DNA from: Minutocellus sp. GHC0000111
Lineage: Eukaryota
Reading direction: 5' to 3'
DNA: 64,000 bases
NCBI GenBank assembly: GCA_977018835.1
Contig: OZ361259.1
Location: 682,001 to 746,000, forward strand
Every line of letters begins with the position of its first letter. The first letter of the stretch is position 1. Positions 31,586-43,315 of this stretch are shown here, piece by piece. The position numbers and the translations under genes were made by a program. The notes beneath the pieces were generated by a model. That model worked only from the letters and a program-made list of their open reading frames with translations. It searched no databases and had not been told where the DNA came from.

Positions 31586-32578
31586 ATGGCAACCATCTGT
31601 CACTCCCCTGAAGTGACACAGCAGAAGGCAGTGCCAGAGCAGACAGCCGGCATCCAACAGCCATCCCAGCAACTCTTGGTCTCTCAGTGCCATGAATGTG
31701 GTGTGGCACTAGTCATTCCAAAGAATTGTCCAGCTTCTGCCGGAAATCTCAAGCCATCTGATCTTGACGGTCAAACGATCATTCCTTCTTCTCATAAGAA
31801 ATTTATTCCCGTTTTCGATAAGCCCAAGTACTGCCCCTTTGGTCTCGGTTATCGCCGCTGCCCAGCTGAAATCTTCAACTACTTTTTTACTGGCAAACTG
31901 ATGCAGAAGATTGGAGACTTCCTTGCACCTTCTCCTTACACCCCTGGATTTATTTTCACTACCTATAGCGTTCTTGCCTCCCTGGACACTCAAAATCCAA
32001 GTAATATTGCAGCCACGGTGGAGCAGGAATTCACTGAACTCCTTGATCCTCGGGGAGTTCTTCCATTCAGCCTCGATCCAGGCACAGGCCTTCCTGTCGT
32101 CAATCCCGCTTTTGACAAAGCTGTTCCGAAGGGCCTTACTCGTGGACCCAATAGCCTAATTGTTGTCCCCAGGAGCAAGCCCAAGTCCGGAGGTAGCAAG
32201 TCTTCTGGTGGCAGCAGCAGATCCAAGAGCACGTCCGGTGGCAGCAGCAGATCCAAGAGCACGTCCGGTGGCAGCAGCAGATCCAAGAGCACGTCCGGTG
32301 GCAGCAGCAGATCCAAGAGCAAGTCCAATTTTTTCACCCCCGTCCCTCCAACTCCGGCTCTGACAAAGGCTCCCTCGGCTACACCCTCCAAGACTTCCGA
32401 TGTTCCGTCCACATCTCCGTCAGAATCTTTGAGTATTCCTTCCACGTTGCCATCCGATGCTCCTTCGGCGATTCCCTCCGAATTTCCTTCAGACAGTCCT
32501 TCGGAGATGCCCTCCGAATTTCCTTCAGACAGTCCTTCGGCGATTCCCTCCGAATTTCCTACTGCTACTCGTAGGTAG
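31586..32578 (+). CDS. Array ORF copy 12 (330 aa)
   Basis: Intact; 4 repeats. Confidence 0.55.
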   Translation: MATICHSPEVTQQKAVPEQTAGIQQPSQQLLVSQCHECGVALVIPKNCPASAGNLKPSDLDGQTIIPSSHKKFIPVFDKPKYCPFGLGYRRCPAEIFNYFFTGKLMQKIGDFLAPSPYTPGFIFTTYSVLASLDTQNPSNIAATVEQEFTELLDPRGVLPFSLDPGTGLPVVNPAFDKAVPKGLTRGPNSLIVVPRSKPKSGGSKSSGGSSRSKSTSGGSSRSKSTSGGSSRSKSTSGGSSRSKSKSNFFTPVPPTPALTKAPSATPSKTSDVPSTSPSESLSIPSTLPSDAPSAIPSEFPSDSPSEMPSEFPSDSPSAIPSEFPTATRR

Positions 32579-32905
32579 ACTAGCTAGTTTGTTCATAGTA
32601 ATCTCTATTTCCAAGAAAAGTCACATCATCCAATTGACCTTAGGTCTACCAGTATTTTCCCCCCAAGATTGTGGTACTCTCTGGTGTTGAGGGTTCATAA
32701 TTCAATCTTTGTGGCGCCACCATTTTTCTGGAAAGCAATTTTGGAGAGCTCTTGTGTGTGGGCATGGCTATGGTCGGTGTGGCCCCCATCCTCCCTCCAT
32801 CTGGTTCCTTTGCCAGGCACCATTCTCATGCAAAGTGCATGTTTTACAAAAGATTTATGCTGACCTGTCAAATCACCTGCACCGTCAGCACACAGTGTTC
32901 ATCGC

Positions 32906-33838
32906 ATGGCAACCATCTGTCACTCCCCTGAAGTGACACAGCAGAAGGCAGTGCCAGAGCAGACAGCCGGCATCCAACAGCCATCCCAGCAACTCTTGGT
33001 CTCTCAGTGCCATGAATGTGGTGTGGCACTAGTCATTCCAAAGAATTGTCCAGCTTCTGCCGGAAATCTCAAGCCATCTGATCTTGACGGTCAAACGATC
33101 ATTCCTTCTTCTCATAAGAAATTTATTCCCGTTTTCGATAAGCCCAAGTACTGCCCCTTTGGTCTCGGTTATCGCCGCTGCCCAGCTGAAATCTTCAACT
33201 ACTTTTTTACTGGCAAACTGATGCAGAAGATTGGAGACTTCCTTGCACCTTCTCCTTACACCCCTGGATTTATTTTCACTACCTATAGCGTTCTTGCCTC
33301 CCTGGACACTCAAAATCCAAGTAATATTGCAGCCACGGTGGAGCAGGAATTCACTGAACTCCTTGATCCTCGGGGAGTTCTTCCATTCAGCCTCGATCCA
33401 GGCACAGGCCTTCCTGTCGTCAATCCCGCTTTTGACAAAGCTGTTCCGAAGGGCCTTACTCGTGGACCCAATAGCCTAATTGTTGTCCCCAGGAGCAAGC
33501 CCAAGTCCGGAGGTAGCAAGTCTTCTGGTGGCAGCAGCAGATCCAAGAGCACGTCCGGTGGCAGCAGCAGATCCAAGAGCAAGTCCAATTTTTTCACCCC
33601 CGTCCCTCCAACTCCGGCTCTGACAAAGGCTCCCTCGGCTACACCCTCCAAGACTTCCGATGTTCCGTCCACATCTCCGTCAGAATCTTTGAGTATTCCT
33701 TCCACGTTGCCATCCGATGCTCCTTCGGCGATTCCCTCCGAATTTCCTTCAGACAGTCCTTCGGAGATGCCCTCCGAATTTCCTTCAGACAGTCCTTCGG
33801 CGATTCCCTCCGAATTTCCTACTGCTACTCGTAGGTAG
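32906..33838 (+). CDS. Array ORF copy 13 (310 aa)
   Basis: Intact; 2 repeats. Confidence 0.55.
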   Translation: MATICHSPEVTQQKAVPEQTAGIQQPSQQLLVSQCHECGVALVIPKNCPASAGNLKPSDLDGQTIIPSSHKKFIPVFDKPKYCPFGLGYRRCPAEIFNYFFTGKLMQKIGDFLAPSPYTPGFIFTTYSVLASLDTQNPSNIAATVEQEFTELLDPRGVLPFSLDPGTGLPVVNPAFDKAVPKGLTRGPNSLIVVPRSKPKSGGSKSSGGSSRSKSTSGGSSRSKSKSNFFTPVPPTPALTKAPSATPSKTSDVPSTSPSESLSIPSTLPSDAPSAIPSEFPSDSPSEMPSEFPSDSPSAIPSEFPTATRR

Positions 33839-34165
33839 ACTAGCTAGTTTGTTCATAGTAATCTCTATTTCCAAGAAAAGTCACATCATCCAATTGACCT
33901 TAGGTCTACCAGTATTTTCCCCCCAAGATTGTGGTACTCTCTGGTGTTGAGGGTTCATAATTCAATCTTTGTGGCGCCACCATTTTTCTGGAAAGCAATT
34001 TTGGAGAGCTCTTGTGTGTGGGCATGGCTATGGTCGGTGTGGCCCCCATCCTCCCTCCATCTGGTTCCTTTGCCAGGCACCATTCTCATGCAAAGTGCAT
34101 GTTTTACAAAAGATTTATGCTGACCTGTCAAATCACCTGCACCGTCAGCACACAGTGTTCATCGC

Positions 34166-35098
34166 ATGGCAACCATCTGTCACTCCCCTGAAGTGACACA
34201 GCAGAAGGCAGTGCCAGAGCAGACAGCCGGCATCCAACAGCCATCCCAGCAACTCTTGGTCTCTCAGTGCCATGAATGTGGTGTGGCACTAGTCATTCCA
34301 AAGAATTGTCCAGCTTCTGCCGGAAATCTCAAGCCATCTGATCTTGACGGTCAAACGATCATTCCTTCTTCTCATAAGAAATTTATTCCCGTTTTCGATA
34401 AGCCCAAGTACTGCCCCTTTGGTCTCGGTTATCGCCGCTGCCCAGCTGAAATCTTCAACTACTTTTTTACTGGCAAACTGATGCAGAAGATTGGAGACTT
34501 CCTTGCACCTTCTCCTTACACCCCTGGATTTATTTTCACTACCTATAGCGTTCTTGCCTCCCTGGACACTCAAAATCCAAGTAATATTGCAGCCACGGTG
34601 GAGCAGGAATTCACTGAACTCCTTGATCCTCGGGGAGTTCTTCCATTCAGCCTCGATCCAGGCACAGGCCTTCCTGTCGTCAATCCCGCTTTTGACAAAG
34701 CTGTTCCGAAGGGCCTTACTCGTGGACCCAATAGCCTAATTGTTGTCCCCAGGAGCAAGCCCAAGTCCGGAGGTAGCAAGTCTTCTGGTGGCAGCAGCAG
34801 ATCCAAGAGCACGTCCGGTGGCAGCAGCAGATCCAAGAGCAAGTCCAATTTTTTCACCCCCGTCCCTCCAACTCCGGCTCTGACAAAGGCTCCCTCGGCT
34901 ACACCCTCCAAGACTTCCGATGTTCCGTCCACATCTCCGTCAGAATCTTTGAGTATTCCTTCCACGTTGCCATCCGATGCTCCTTCGGCGATTCCCTCCG
35001 AATTTCCTTCAGACAGTCCTTCGGAGATGCCCTCCGAATTTCCTTCAGACAGTCCTTCGGCGATTCCCTCCGAATTTCCTACTGCTACTCGTAGGTAG
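34166..35098 (+). CDS. Array ORF copy 14 (310 aa)
   Basis: Intact; 2 repeats. Confidence 0.55.
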   Translation: MATICHSPEVTQQKAVPEQTAGIQQPSQQLLVSQCHECGVALVIPKNCPASAGNLKPSDLDGQTIIPSSHKKFIPVFDKPKYCPFGLGYRRCPAEIFNYFFTGKLMQKIGDFLAPSPYTPGFIFTTYSVLASLDTQNPSNIAATVEQEFTELLDPRGVLPFSLDPGTGLPVVNPAFDKAVPKGLTRGPNSLIVVPRSKPKSGGSKSSGGSSRSKSTSGGSSRSKSKSNFFTPVPPTPALTKAPSATPSKTSDVPSTSPSESLSIPSTLPSDAPSAIPSEFPSDSPSEMPSEFPSDSPSAIPSEFPTATRR

Positions 35099-35425
35099 AC
35101 TAGCTAGTTTGTTCATAGTAATCTCTATTTCCAAGAAAAGTCACATCATCCAATTGACCTTAGGTCTACCAGTATTTTCCCCCCAAGATTGTGGTACTCT
35201 CTGGTGTTGAGGGTTCATAATTCAATCTTTGTGGCGCCACCATTTTTCTGGAAAGCAATTTTGGAGAGCTCTTGTGTGTGGGCATGGCTATGGTCGGTGT
35301 GGCCCCCATCCTCCCTCCATCTGGTTCCTTTGCCAGGCACCATTCTCATGCAAAGTGCATGTTTTACAAAAGATTTATGCTGACCTGTCAAATCACCTGC
35401 ACCGTCAGCACACAGTGTTCATCGC

Positions 35426-36388
35426 ATGGCAACCATCTGTCACTCCCCTGAAGTGACACAGCAGAAGGCAGTGCCAGAGCAGACAGCCGGCATCCAACAG
35501 CCATCCCAGCAACTCTTGGTCTCTCAGTGCCATGAATGTGGTGTGGCACTAGTCATTCCAAAGAATTGTCCAGCTTCTGCCGGAAATCTCAAGCCATCTG
35601 ATCTTGACGGTCAAACGATCATTCCTTCTTCTCATAAGAAATTTATTCCCGTTTTCGATAAGCCCAAGTACTGCCCCTTTGGTCTCGGTTATCGCCGCTG
35701 CCCAGCTGAAATCTTCAACTACTTTTTTACTGGCAAACTGATGCAGAAGATTGGAGACTTCCTTGCACCTTCTCCTTACACCCCTGGATTTATTTTCACT
35801 ACCTATAGCGTTCTTGCCTCCCTGGACACTCAAAATCCAAGTAATATTGCAGCCACGGTGGAGCAGGAATTCACTGAACTCCTTGATCCTCGGGGAGTTC
35901 TTCCATTCAGCCTCGATCCAGGCACAGGCCTTCCTGTCGTCAAGCCCGCTTTTGACAAAGCTGTTCCGAAGGGCCTTACTCGTGGACCCAATAGCCTAAT
36001 TGTTGTCCCCAGGAGCAAGCCCAAGTCCGGAGGTAGCAAGTCTTCTGGTGGCAGCAGCAGATCCAAGAGCACGTCCGGTGGCAGCAGCAGATCCAAGAGC
36101 ACGTCCGGTGGCAGCAGCAGATCCAAGAGCAAGTCCAATTTTTTCACCCCCGTCCCTCCAACTCCGGCTCTGACAAAGGCTCCCTCGGCTACACCCTCCA
36201 AGACTTCCGATGTTCCGTCCACATCTCCGTCAGAATCTTTGAGTATTCCTTCCACGTTGCCATCCGATGCTCCTTCGGCGATTCCCTCCGAATTTCCTTC
36301 AGACAGTCCTTCGGAGATGCCCTCCGAATTTCCTTCAGACAGTCCTTCGGCGATTCCCTCCGAATTTCCTACTGCTACTCGTAGGTAG
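35426..36388 (+). CDS. Array ORF copy 15 (320 aa)
   Basis: Intact; 3 repeats; N173K. Confidence 0.55.
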   Translation: MATICHSPEVTQQKAVPEQTAGIQQPSQQLLVSQCHECGVALVIPKNCPASAGNLKPSDLDGQTIIPSSHKKFIPVFDKPKYCPFGLGYRRCPAEIFNYFFTGKLMQKIGDFLAPSPYTPGFIFTTYSVLASLDTQNPSNIAATVEQEFTELLDPRGVLPFSLDPGTGLPVVKPAFDKAVPKGLTRGPNSLIVVPRSKPKSGGSKSSGGSSRSKSTSGGSSRSKSTSGGSSRSKSKSNFFTPVPPTPALTKAPSATPSKTSDVPSTSPSESLSIPSTLPSDAPSAIPSEFPSDSPSEMPSEFPSDSPSAIPSEFPTATRR

Positions 36389-36715
36389 ACTAGCTAGTTT
36401 GTTCATAGTAATCTCTATTTCCAAGAAAAGTCACATCATCCAATTGACCTTAGGTCTACCAGTATTTTCCCCCCAAGATTGTGGTACTCTCTGGTGTTGA
36501 GGGTTCATAATTCAATCTTTGTGGCGCCACCATTTTTCTGGAAAGCAATTTTGGAGAGCTCTTGTGTGTGGGCATGGCTATGGTCGGTGTGGCCCCCATC
36601 CTCCCTCCATCTGGTTCCTTTGCCAGGCACCATTCTCATGCAAAGTGCATGTTTTACAAAAGATTTATGCTGACCTGTCAAATCACCTGCACCGTCAGCA
36701 CACAGTGTTCATCGC

Positions 36716-37708
36716 ATGGCAACCATCTGTCACTCCCCTGAAGTGACACAGCAGAAGGCAGTGCCAGAGCAGACAGCCGGCATCCAACAGCCATCCCAGC
36801 AACTCTTGGTCTCTCAGTGCCATGAATGTGGTGTGGCACTAGTCATTCCAAAGAATTGTCCAGCTTCTGCCGGAAATCTCAAGCCATCTGATCTTGACGG
36901 TCAAACGATCATTCCTTCTTCTCATAAGAAATTTATTCCCGTTTTCGATAAGCCCAAGTACTGCCCCTTTGGTCTCGGTTATCGCCGCTGCCCAGCTGAA
37001 ATCTTCAACTACTTTTTTACTGGCAAACTGATGCAGAAGATTGGAGACTTCCTTGCACCTTCTCCTTACACCCCTGGATTTATTTTCACTACCTATAGCG
37101 TTCTTGCCTCCCTGGACACTCAAAATCCAAGTAATATTGCAGCCACGGTGGAGCAGGAATTCACTGAACTCCTTGATCCTCGGGGAGTTCTTCCATTCAG
37201 CCTCGATCCAGGCACAGGCCTTCCTGTCGTCAATCCCGCTTTTGACAAAGCTGTTCCGAAGGGCCTTACTCGTGGACCCAATAGCCTAATTGTTGTCCCC
37301 AGGAGCAAGCCCAAGTCCGGAGGTAGCAAGTCTTCTGGTGGCAGCAGCAGATCCAAGAGCACGTCCGGTGGCAGCAGCAGATCCAAGAGCACGTCCGGTG
37401 GCAGCAGCAGATCCAAGAGCACGTCCGGTGGCAGCAGCAGATCCAAGAGCAAGTCCAATTTTTTCACCCCCGTCCCTCCAACTCCGGCTCTGACAAAGGC
37501 TCCCTCGGCTACACCCTCCAAGACTTCCGATGTTCCGTCCACATCTCCGTCAGAATCTTTGAGTATTCCTTCCACGTTGCCATCCGATGCTCCTTCGGCG
37601 ATTCCCTCCGAATTTCCTTCAGACAGTCCTTCGGAGATGCCCTCCGAATTTCCTTCAGACAGTCCTTCGGCGATTCCCTCCGAATTTCCTACTGCTACTC
37701 GTAGGTAG
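36716..37708 (+). CDS. Array ORF copy 16 (330 aa)
   Basis: Intact; 4 repeats. Confidence 0.55.
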   Translation: MATICHSPEVTQQKAVPEQTAGIQQPSQQLLVSQCHECGVALVIPKNCPASAGNLKPSDLDGQTIIPSSHKKFIPVFDKPKYCPFGLGYRRCPAEIFNYFFTGKLMQKIGDFLAPSPYTPGFIFTTYSVLASLDTQNPSNIAATVEQEFTELLDPRGVLPFSLDPGTGLPVVNPAFDKAVPKGLTRGPNSLIVVPRSKPKSGGSKSSGGSSRSKSTSGGSSRSKSTSGGSSRSKSTSGGSSRSKSKSNFFTPVPPTPALTKAPSATPSKTSDVPSTSPSESLSIPSTLPSDAPSAIPSEFPSDSPSEMPSEFPSDSPSAIPSEFPTATRR

Positions 37709-38035
37709 ACTAGCTAGTTTGTTCATAGTAATCTCTATTTCCAAGAAAAGTCACATCATCCAATTGACCTTAGGTCTACCAGTATTTTCCCCCCAAGATT
37801 GTGGTACTCTCTGGTGTTGAGGGTTCATAATTCAATCTTTGTGGCGCCACCATTTTTCTGGAAAGCAATTTTGGAGAGCTCTTGTGTGTGGGCATGGCTA
37901 TGGTCGGTGTGGCCCCCATCCTCCCTCCATCTGGTTCCTTTGCCAGGCACCATTCTCATGCAAAGTGCATGTTTTACAAAAGATTTATGCTGACCTGTCA
38001 AATCACCTGCACCGTCAGCACACAGTGTTCATCGC

Positions 38036-39058
38036 ATGGCAACCATCTGTCACTCCCCTGAAGTGACACAGCAGAAGGCAGTGCCAGAGCAGACAGCCGG
38101 CATCCAACAGCCATCCCAGCAACTCTTGGTCTCTCAGTGCCATGAATGTGGTGTGGCACTAGTCATTCCAAAGAATTGTCCAGCTTCTGCCGGAAATCTC
38201 AAGCCATCTGATCTTGACGGTCAAACGATCATTCCTTCTTCTCATAAGAAATTTATTCCCGTTTTCGATAAGCCCAAGTACTGCCCCTTTGGTCTCGGTT
38301 ATCGCCGCTGCCCAGCTGAAATCTTCAACTACTTTTTTACTGGCAAACTGATGCAGAAGATTGGAGACTTCCTTGCACCTTCTCCTTACACCCCTGGATT
38401 TATTTTCACTACCTATAGCGTTCTTGCCTCCCTGGACACTCAAAATCCAAGTAATATTGCAGCCACGGTGGAGCAGGAATTCACTGAACTCCTTGATCCT
38501 CGGGGAGTTCTTCCATTCAGCCTCGATCCAGGCACAGGCCTTCCTGTCGTCAATCCCGCTTTTGACAAAGCTGTTCCGAAGGGCCTTACTCGTGGACCCA
38601 ATAGCCTAATTGTTGTCCCCAGGAGCAAGCCCAAGTCCGGAGGTAGCAAGTCTTCTGGTGGCAGCAGCAGATCCAAGAGCACGTCCGGTGGCAGCAGCAG
38701 ATCCAAGAGCACGTCCGGTGGCAGCAGCAGATCCAAGAGCACGTCCGGTGGCAGCAGCAGATCCAAGAGCACGTCCGGTGGCAGCAGCAGATCCAAGAGC
38801 AAGTCCAATTTTTTCACCCCCGTCCCTCCAACTCCGGCTCTGACAAAGGCTCCCTCGGCTACACCCTCCAAGACTTCCGATGTTCCGTCCACATCTCCGT
38901 CAGAATCTTTGAGTATTCCTTCCACGTTGCCATCCGATGCTCCTTCGGCGATTCCCTCCGAATTTCCTTCAGACAGTCCTTCGGAGATGCCCTCCGAATT
39001 TCCTTCAGACAGTCCTTCGGCGATTCCCTCCGAATTTCCTACTGCTACTCGTAGGTAG
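38036..39058 (+). CDS. Array ORF copy 17 (340 aa)
   Basis: Intact; 5 repeats. Confidence 0.55.
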   Translation: MATICHSPEVTQQKAVPEQTAGIQQPSQQLLVSQCHECGVALVIPKNCPASAGNLKPSDLDGQTIIPSSHKKFIPVFDKPKYCPFGLGYRRCPAEIFNYFFTGKLMQKIGDFLAPSPYTPGFIFTTYSVLASLDTQNPSNIAATVEQEFTELLDPRGVLPFSLDPGTGLPVVNPAFDKAVPKGLTRGPNSLIVVPRSKPKSGGSKSSGGSSRSKSTSGGSSRSKSTSGGSSRSKSTSGGSSRSKSTSGGSSRSKSKSNFFTPVPPTPALTKAPSATPSKTSDVPSTSPSESLSIPSTLPSDAPSAIPSEFPSDSPSEMPSEFPSDSPSAIPSEFPTATRR

Positions 39059-39385
39059 ACTAGCTAGTTTGTTCATAGTAATCTCTATTTCCAAGAAAAG
39101 TCACATCATCCAATTGACCTTAGGTCTACCAGTATTTTCCCCCCAAGATTGTGGTACTCTCTGGTGTTGAGGGTTCATAATTCAATCTTTGTGGCGCCAC
39201 CATTTTTCTGGAAAGCAATTTTGGAGAGCTCTTGTGTGTGGGCATGGCTATGGTCGGTGTGGCCCCCATCCTCCCTCCATCTGGTTCCTTTGCCAGGCAC
39301 CATTCTCATGCAAAGTGCATGTTTTACAAAAGATTTATGCTGACCTGTCAAATCACCTGCACCGTCAGCACACAGTGTTCATCGC

Positions 39386-40378
39386 ATGGCAACCATCTGT
39401 CACTCCCCTGAAGTGACACAGCAGAAGGCAGTGCCAGAGCAGACAGCCGGCATCCAACAGCCATCCCAGCAACTCTTGGTCTCTCAGTGCCATGAATGTG
39501 GTGTGGCACTAGTCATTCCAAAGAATTGTCCAGCTTCTGCCGGAAATCTCAAGCCATCTGATCTTGACGGTCAAACGATCATTCCTTCTTCTCATAAGAA
39601 ATTTATTCCCGTTTTCGATAAGCCCAAGTACTGCCCCTTTGGTCTCGGTTATCGCCGCTGCCCAGCTGAAATCTTCAACTACTTTTTTACTGGCAAACTG
39701 ATGCAGAAGATTGGAGACTTCCTTGCACCTTCTCCTTACACCCCTGGATTTATTTTCACTACCTATAGCGTTCTTGCCTCCCTGGACACTCAAAATCCAA
39801 GTAATATTGCAGCCACGGTGGAGCAGGAATTCACTGAACTCCTTGATCCTCGGGGAGTTCTTCCATTCAGCCTCGATCCAGGCACAGGCCTTCCTGTCGT
39901 CAATCCCGCTTTTGACAAAGCTGTTCCGAAGGGCCTTACTCGTGGACCCAATAGCCTAATTGTTGTCCCCAGGAGCAAGCCCAAGTCCGGAGGTAGCAAG
40001 TCTTCTGGTGGCAGCAGCAGATCCAAGAGCACGTCCGGTGGCAGCAGCAGATCCAAGAGCACGTCCGGTGGCAGCAGCAGATCCAAGAGCACGTCCGGTG
40101 GCAGCAGCAGATCCAAGAGCAAGTCCAATTTTTTCACCCCCGTCCCTCCAACTCCGGCTCTGACAAAGGCTCCCTCGGCTACACCCTCCAAGACTTCCGA
40201 TGTTCCGTCCACATCTCCGTCAGAATCTTTGAGTATTCCTTCCACGTTGCCATCCGATGCTCCTTCGGCGATTCCCTCCGAATTTCCTTCAGACAGTCCT
40301 TCGGAGATGCCCTCCGAATTTCCTTCAGACAGTCCTTCGGCGATTCCCTCCGAATTTCCTACTGCTACTCGTAGGTAG
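39386..40378 (+). CDS. Array ORF copy 18 (330 aa)
   Basis: Intact; 4 repeats; downstream spacer T>C. Confidence 0.55.
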   Translation: MATICHSPEVTQQKAVPEQTAGIQQPSQQLLVSQCHECGVALVIPKNCPASAGNLKPSDLDGQTIIPSSHKKFIPVFDKPKYCPFGLGYRRCPAEIFNYFFTGKLMQKIGDFLAPSPYTPGFIFTTYSVLASLDTQNPSNIAATVEQEFTELLDPRGVLPFSLDPGTGLPVVNPAFDKAVPKGLTRGPNSLIVVPRSKPKSGGSKSSGGSSRSKSTSGGSSRSKSTSGGSSRSKSTSGGSSRSKSKSNFFTPVPPTPALTKAPSATPSKTSDVPSTSPSESLSIPSTLPSDAPSAIPSEFPSDSPSEMPSEFPSDSPSAIPSEFPTATRR

Positions 40379-40705
40379 ACTAGCTAGTTTGTTCATAGTA
40401 ATCTCTATTTCCAAGAAAAGTCACATCATCCAATTGACCTTAGGTCTACCAGTATTTCCCCCCCAAGATTGTGGTACTCTCTGGTGTTGAGGGTTCATAA
40501 TTCAATCTTTGTGGCGCCACCATTTTTCTGGAAAGCAATTTTGGAGAGCTCTTGTGTGTGGGCATGGCTATGGTCGGTGTGGCCCCCATCCTCCCTCCAT
40601 CTGGTTCCTTTGCCAGGCACCATTCTCATGCAAAGTGCATGTTTTACAAAAGATTTATGCTGACCTGTCAAATCACCTGCACCGTCAGCACACAGTGTTC
40701 ATCGC

Positions 40706-41728
40706 ATGGCAACCATCTGTCACTCCCCTGAAGTGACACAGCAGAAGGCAGTGCCAGAGCAGACAGCCGGCATCCAACAGCCATCCCAGCAACTCTTGGT
40801 CTCTCAGTGCCATGAATGTGGTGTGGCACTAGTCATTCCAAAGAATTGTCCAGCTTCTGCCGGAAATCTCAAGCCATCTGATCTTGACGGTCAAACGATC
40901 ATTCCTTCTTCTCATAAGAAATTTATTCCCGTTTTCGATAAGCCCAAGTACTGCCCCTTTGGTCTCGGTTATCGCCGCTGCCCAGCTGAAATCTTCAACT
41001 ACTTTTTTACTGGCAAACTGATGCAGAAGATTGGAGACTTCCTTGCACCTTCTCCTTACACCCCTGGATTTATTTTCACTACCTATAGCGTTCTTGCCTC
41101 CCTGGACACTCAAAATCCAAGTAATATTGCAGCCACGGTGGAGCAGGAATTCACTGAACTCCTTGATCCTCGGGGAGTTCTTCCATTCAGCCTCGATCCA
41201 GGCACAGGCCTTCCTGTCGTCAATCCTGCTTTTGACAAAGCTGTTCCGAAGGGCCTTACTCGTGGACCCAATAGCCTAATTGTTGTCCCCAGGAGCAAGC
41301 CCAAGTCCGGAGGTAGCAAGTCTTCTGGTGGCAGCAGCAGATCCAAGAGCACGTCCGGTGGCAGCAGCAGATCCAAGAGCACGTCCGGTGGCAGCAGCAG
41401 ATCCAAGAGCACGTCCGGTGGCATCAGCAGATCCAAGAGCACGTCCGGTGGCAGCAGCAGATCCAAGAGCAAGTCCAATTTTTTCACCCCCGTCCCTCCA
41501 ACTCCGGCTCTGACAAAGGCTCCCTCGGCTACACCCTCCAAGACTTCCGATGTTCCGTCCACATCTCCGTCAGAATCTTTGAGTATTCCTTCCACGTTGC
41601 CATCCGATGCTCCTTCGGCGATTCCCTCCGAATTTCCTTCAGACAGTCCTTCGGAGATGCCCTCCGAATTTCCTTCAGACAGTCCTTCGGCGATTCCCTC
41701 CGAATTTCCTACTGCTACTCGTAGGTAG
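40706..41728 (+). CDS. Array ORF copy 19 (340 aa)
   Basis: Intact; 5 repeats; GGIS variant and CCC>CCT. Confidence 0.55.
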   Translation: MATICHSPEVTQQKAVPEQTAGIQQPSQQLLVSQCHECGVALVIPKNCPASAGNLKPSDLDGQTIIPSSHKKFIPVFDKPKYCPFGLGYRRCPAEIFNYFFTGKLMQKIGDFLAPSPYTPGFIFTTYSVLASLDTQNPSNIAATVEQEFTELLDPRGVLPFSLDPGTGLPVVNPAFDKAVPKGLTRGPNSLIVVPRSKPKSGGSKSSGGSSRSKSTSGGSSRSKSTSGGSSRSKSTSGGISRSKSTSGGSSRSKSKSNFFTPVPPTPALTKAPSATPSKTSDVPSTSPSESLSIPSTLPSDAPSAIPSEFPSDSPSEMPSEFPSDSPSAIPSEFPTATRR

Positions 41729-42055
41729 ACTAGCTAGTTTGTTCATAGTAATCTCTATTTCCAAGAAAAGTCACATCATCCAATTGACCTTAGGTCTACC
41801 AGTATTTTCCCCCCAAGATTGTGGTACTCTCTGGTGTTGAGGGTTCATAATTCAATCTTTGTGGCGCCACCATTTTTCTGGAAAGCAATTTTGGAGAGCT
41901 CTTGTGTGTGGGCATGGCTATGGTCGGTGTGGCCCCCATCCTCCCTCCATCTGGTTCCTTTGCCAGGCACCATTCTCATGCAAAGTGCATGTTTTACAAA
42001 AGATTTATGCTGACCTGTCAAATCACCTGCACCGTCAGCACACAGTGTTCATCGC

Positions 42056-42988
42056 ATGGCAACCATCTGTCACTCCCCTGAAGTGACACAGCAGAAGGCA
42101 GTGCCAGAGCAGACAGCCGGCATCCAACAGCCATCCCAGCAACTCTTGGTCTCTCAGTGCCATGAATGTGGTGTGGCACTAGTCATTCCAAAGAATTGTC
42201 CAGCTTCTGCCGGAAATCTCAAGCCATCTGATCTTGACGGTCAAACGATCATTCCTTCTTCTCATAAGAAATTTATTCCCGTTTTCGATAAGCCCAAGTA
42301 CTGCCCCTTTGGTCTCGGTTATCGCCGCTGCCCAGCTGAAATCTTCAACTACTTTTTTACTGGCAAACTGATGCAGAAGATTGGAGACTTCCTTGCACCT
42401 TCTCCTTACACCCCTGGATTTATTTTCACTACCTATAGCGTTCTTGCCTCCCTGGACACTCAAAATCCAAGTAATATTGCAGCCACGGTGGAGCAGGAAT
42501 TCACTGAACTCCTTGATCCTCGGGGAGTTCTTCCATTCAGCCTCGATCCAGGCACAGGCCTTCCTGTCGTCAATCCCGCTTTTGACAAAGCTGTTCCGAA
42601 GGGCCTTACTCGTGGACCCAATAGCCTAATTGTTGTCCCCAGGAGCAAGCCCAAGTCCGGAGGTAGCAAGTCTTCTGGTGGCAGCAGCAGATCCAAGAGC
42701 ACGTCCGGTGGCAGCAGCAGATCCAAGAGCAAGTCCAATTTTTTCACCCCCGTCCCTCCAACTCCGGCTCTGACAAAGGCTCCCTCGGCTACACCCTCCA
42801 AGACTTCCGATGTTCCGTCCACATCTCCGTCAGAATCTTTGAGTATTCCTTCCACGTTGCCATCCGATGCTCCTTCGGCGATTCCCTCCGAATTTCCTTC
42901 AGACAGTCCTTCGGAGATGCCCTCCGAATTTCCTTCAGACAGTCCTTCGGCGATTCCCTCCGAATTTCCTACTGCTACTCGTAGGTAG
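42056..42988 (+). CDS. Array ORF copy 20 (310 aa)
   Basis: Intact; 2 repeats. Confidence 0.55.
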   Translation: MATICHSPEVTQQKAVPEQTAGIQQPSQQLLVSQCHECGVALVIPKNCPASAGNLKPSDLDGQTIIPSSHKKFIPVFDKPKYCPFGLGYRRCPAEIFNYFFTGKLMQKIGDFLAPSPYTPGFIFTTYSVLASLDTQNPSNIAATVEQEFTELLDPRGVLPFSLDPGTGLPVVNPAFDKAVPKGLTRGPNSLIVVPRSKPKSGGSKSSGGSSRSKSTSGGSSRSKSKSNFFTPVPPTPALTKAPSATPSKTSDVPSTSPSESLSIPSTLPSDAPSAIPSEFPSDSPSEMPSEFPSDSPSAIPSEFPTATRR

Positions 42989-43315
42989 ACTAGCTAGTTT
43001 GTTCATAGTAATCTCTATTTCCAAGAAAAGTCACATCATCCAATTGACCTTAGGTCTACCAGTATTTTCCCCCCAAGATTGTGGTACTCTCTGGTGTTGA
43101 GGGTTCATAATTCAATCTTTGTGGCGCCACCATTTTTCTGGAAAGCAATTTTGGAGAGCTCTTGTGTGTGGGCATGGCTATGGTCGGTGTGGCCCCCATC
43201 CTCCCTCCATCTGGTTCCTTTGCCAGGCACCATTCTCATGCAAAGTGCATGTTTTACAAAAGATTTATGCTGACCTGTCAAATCACCTGCACCGTCAGCA
43301 CACAGTGTTCATCGC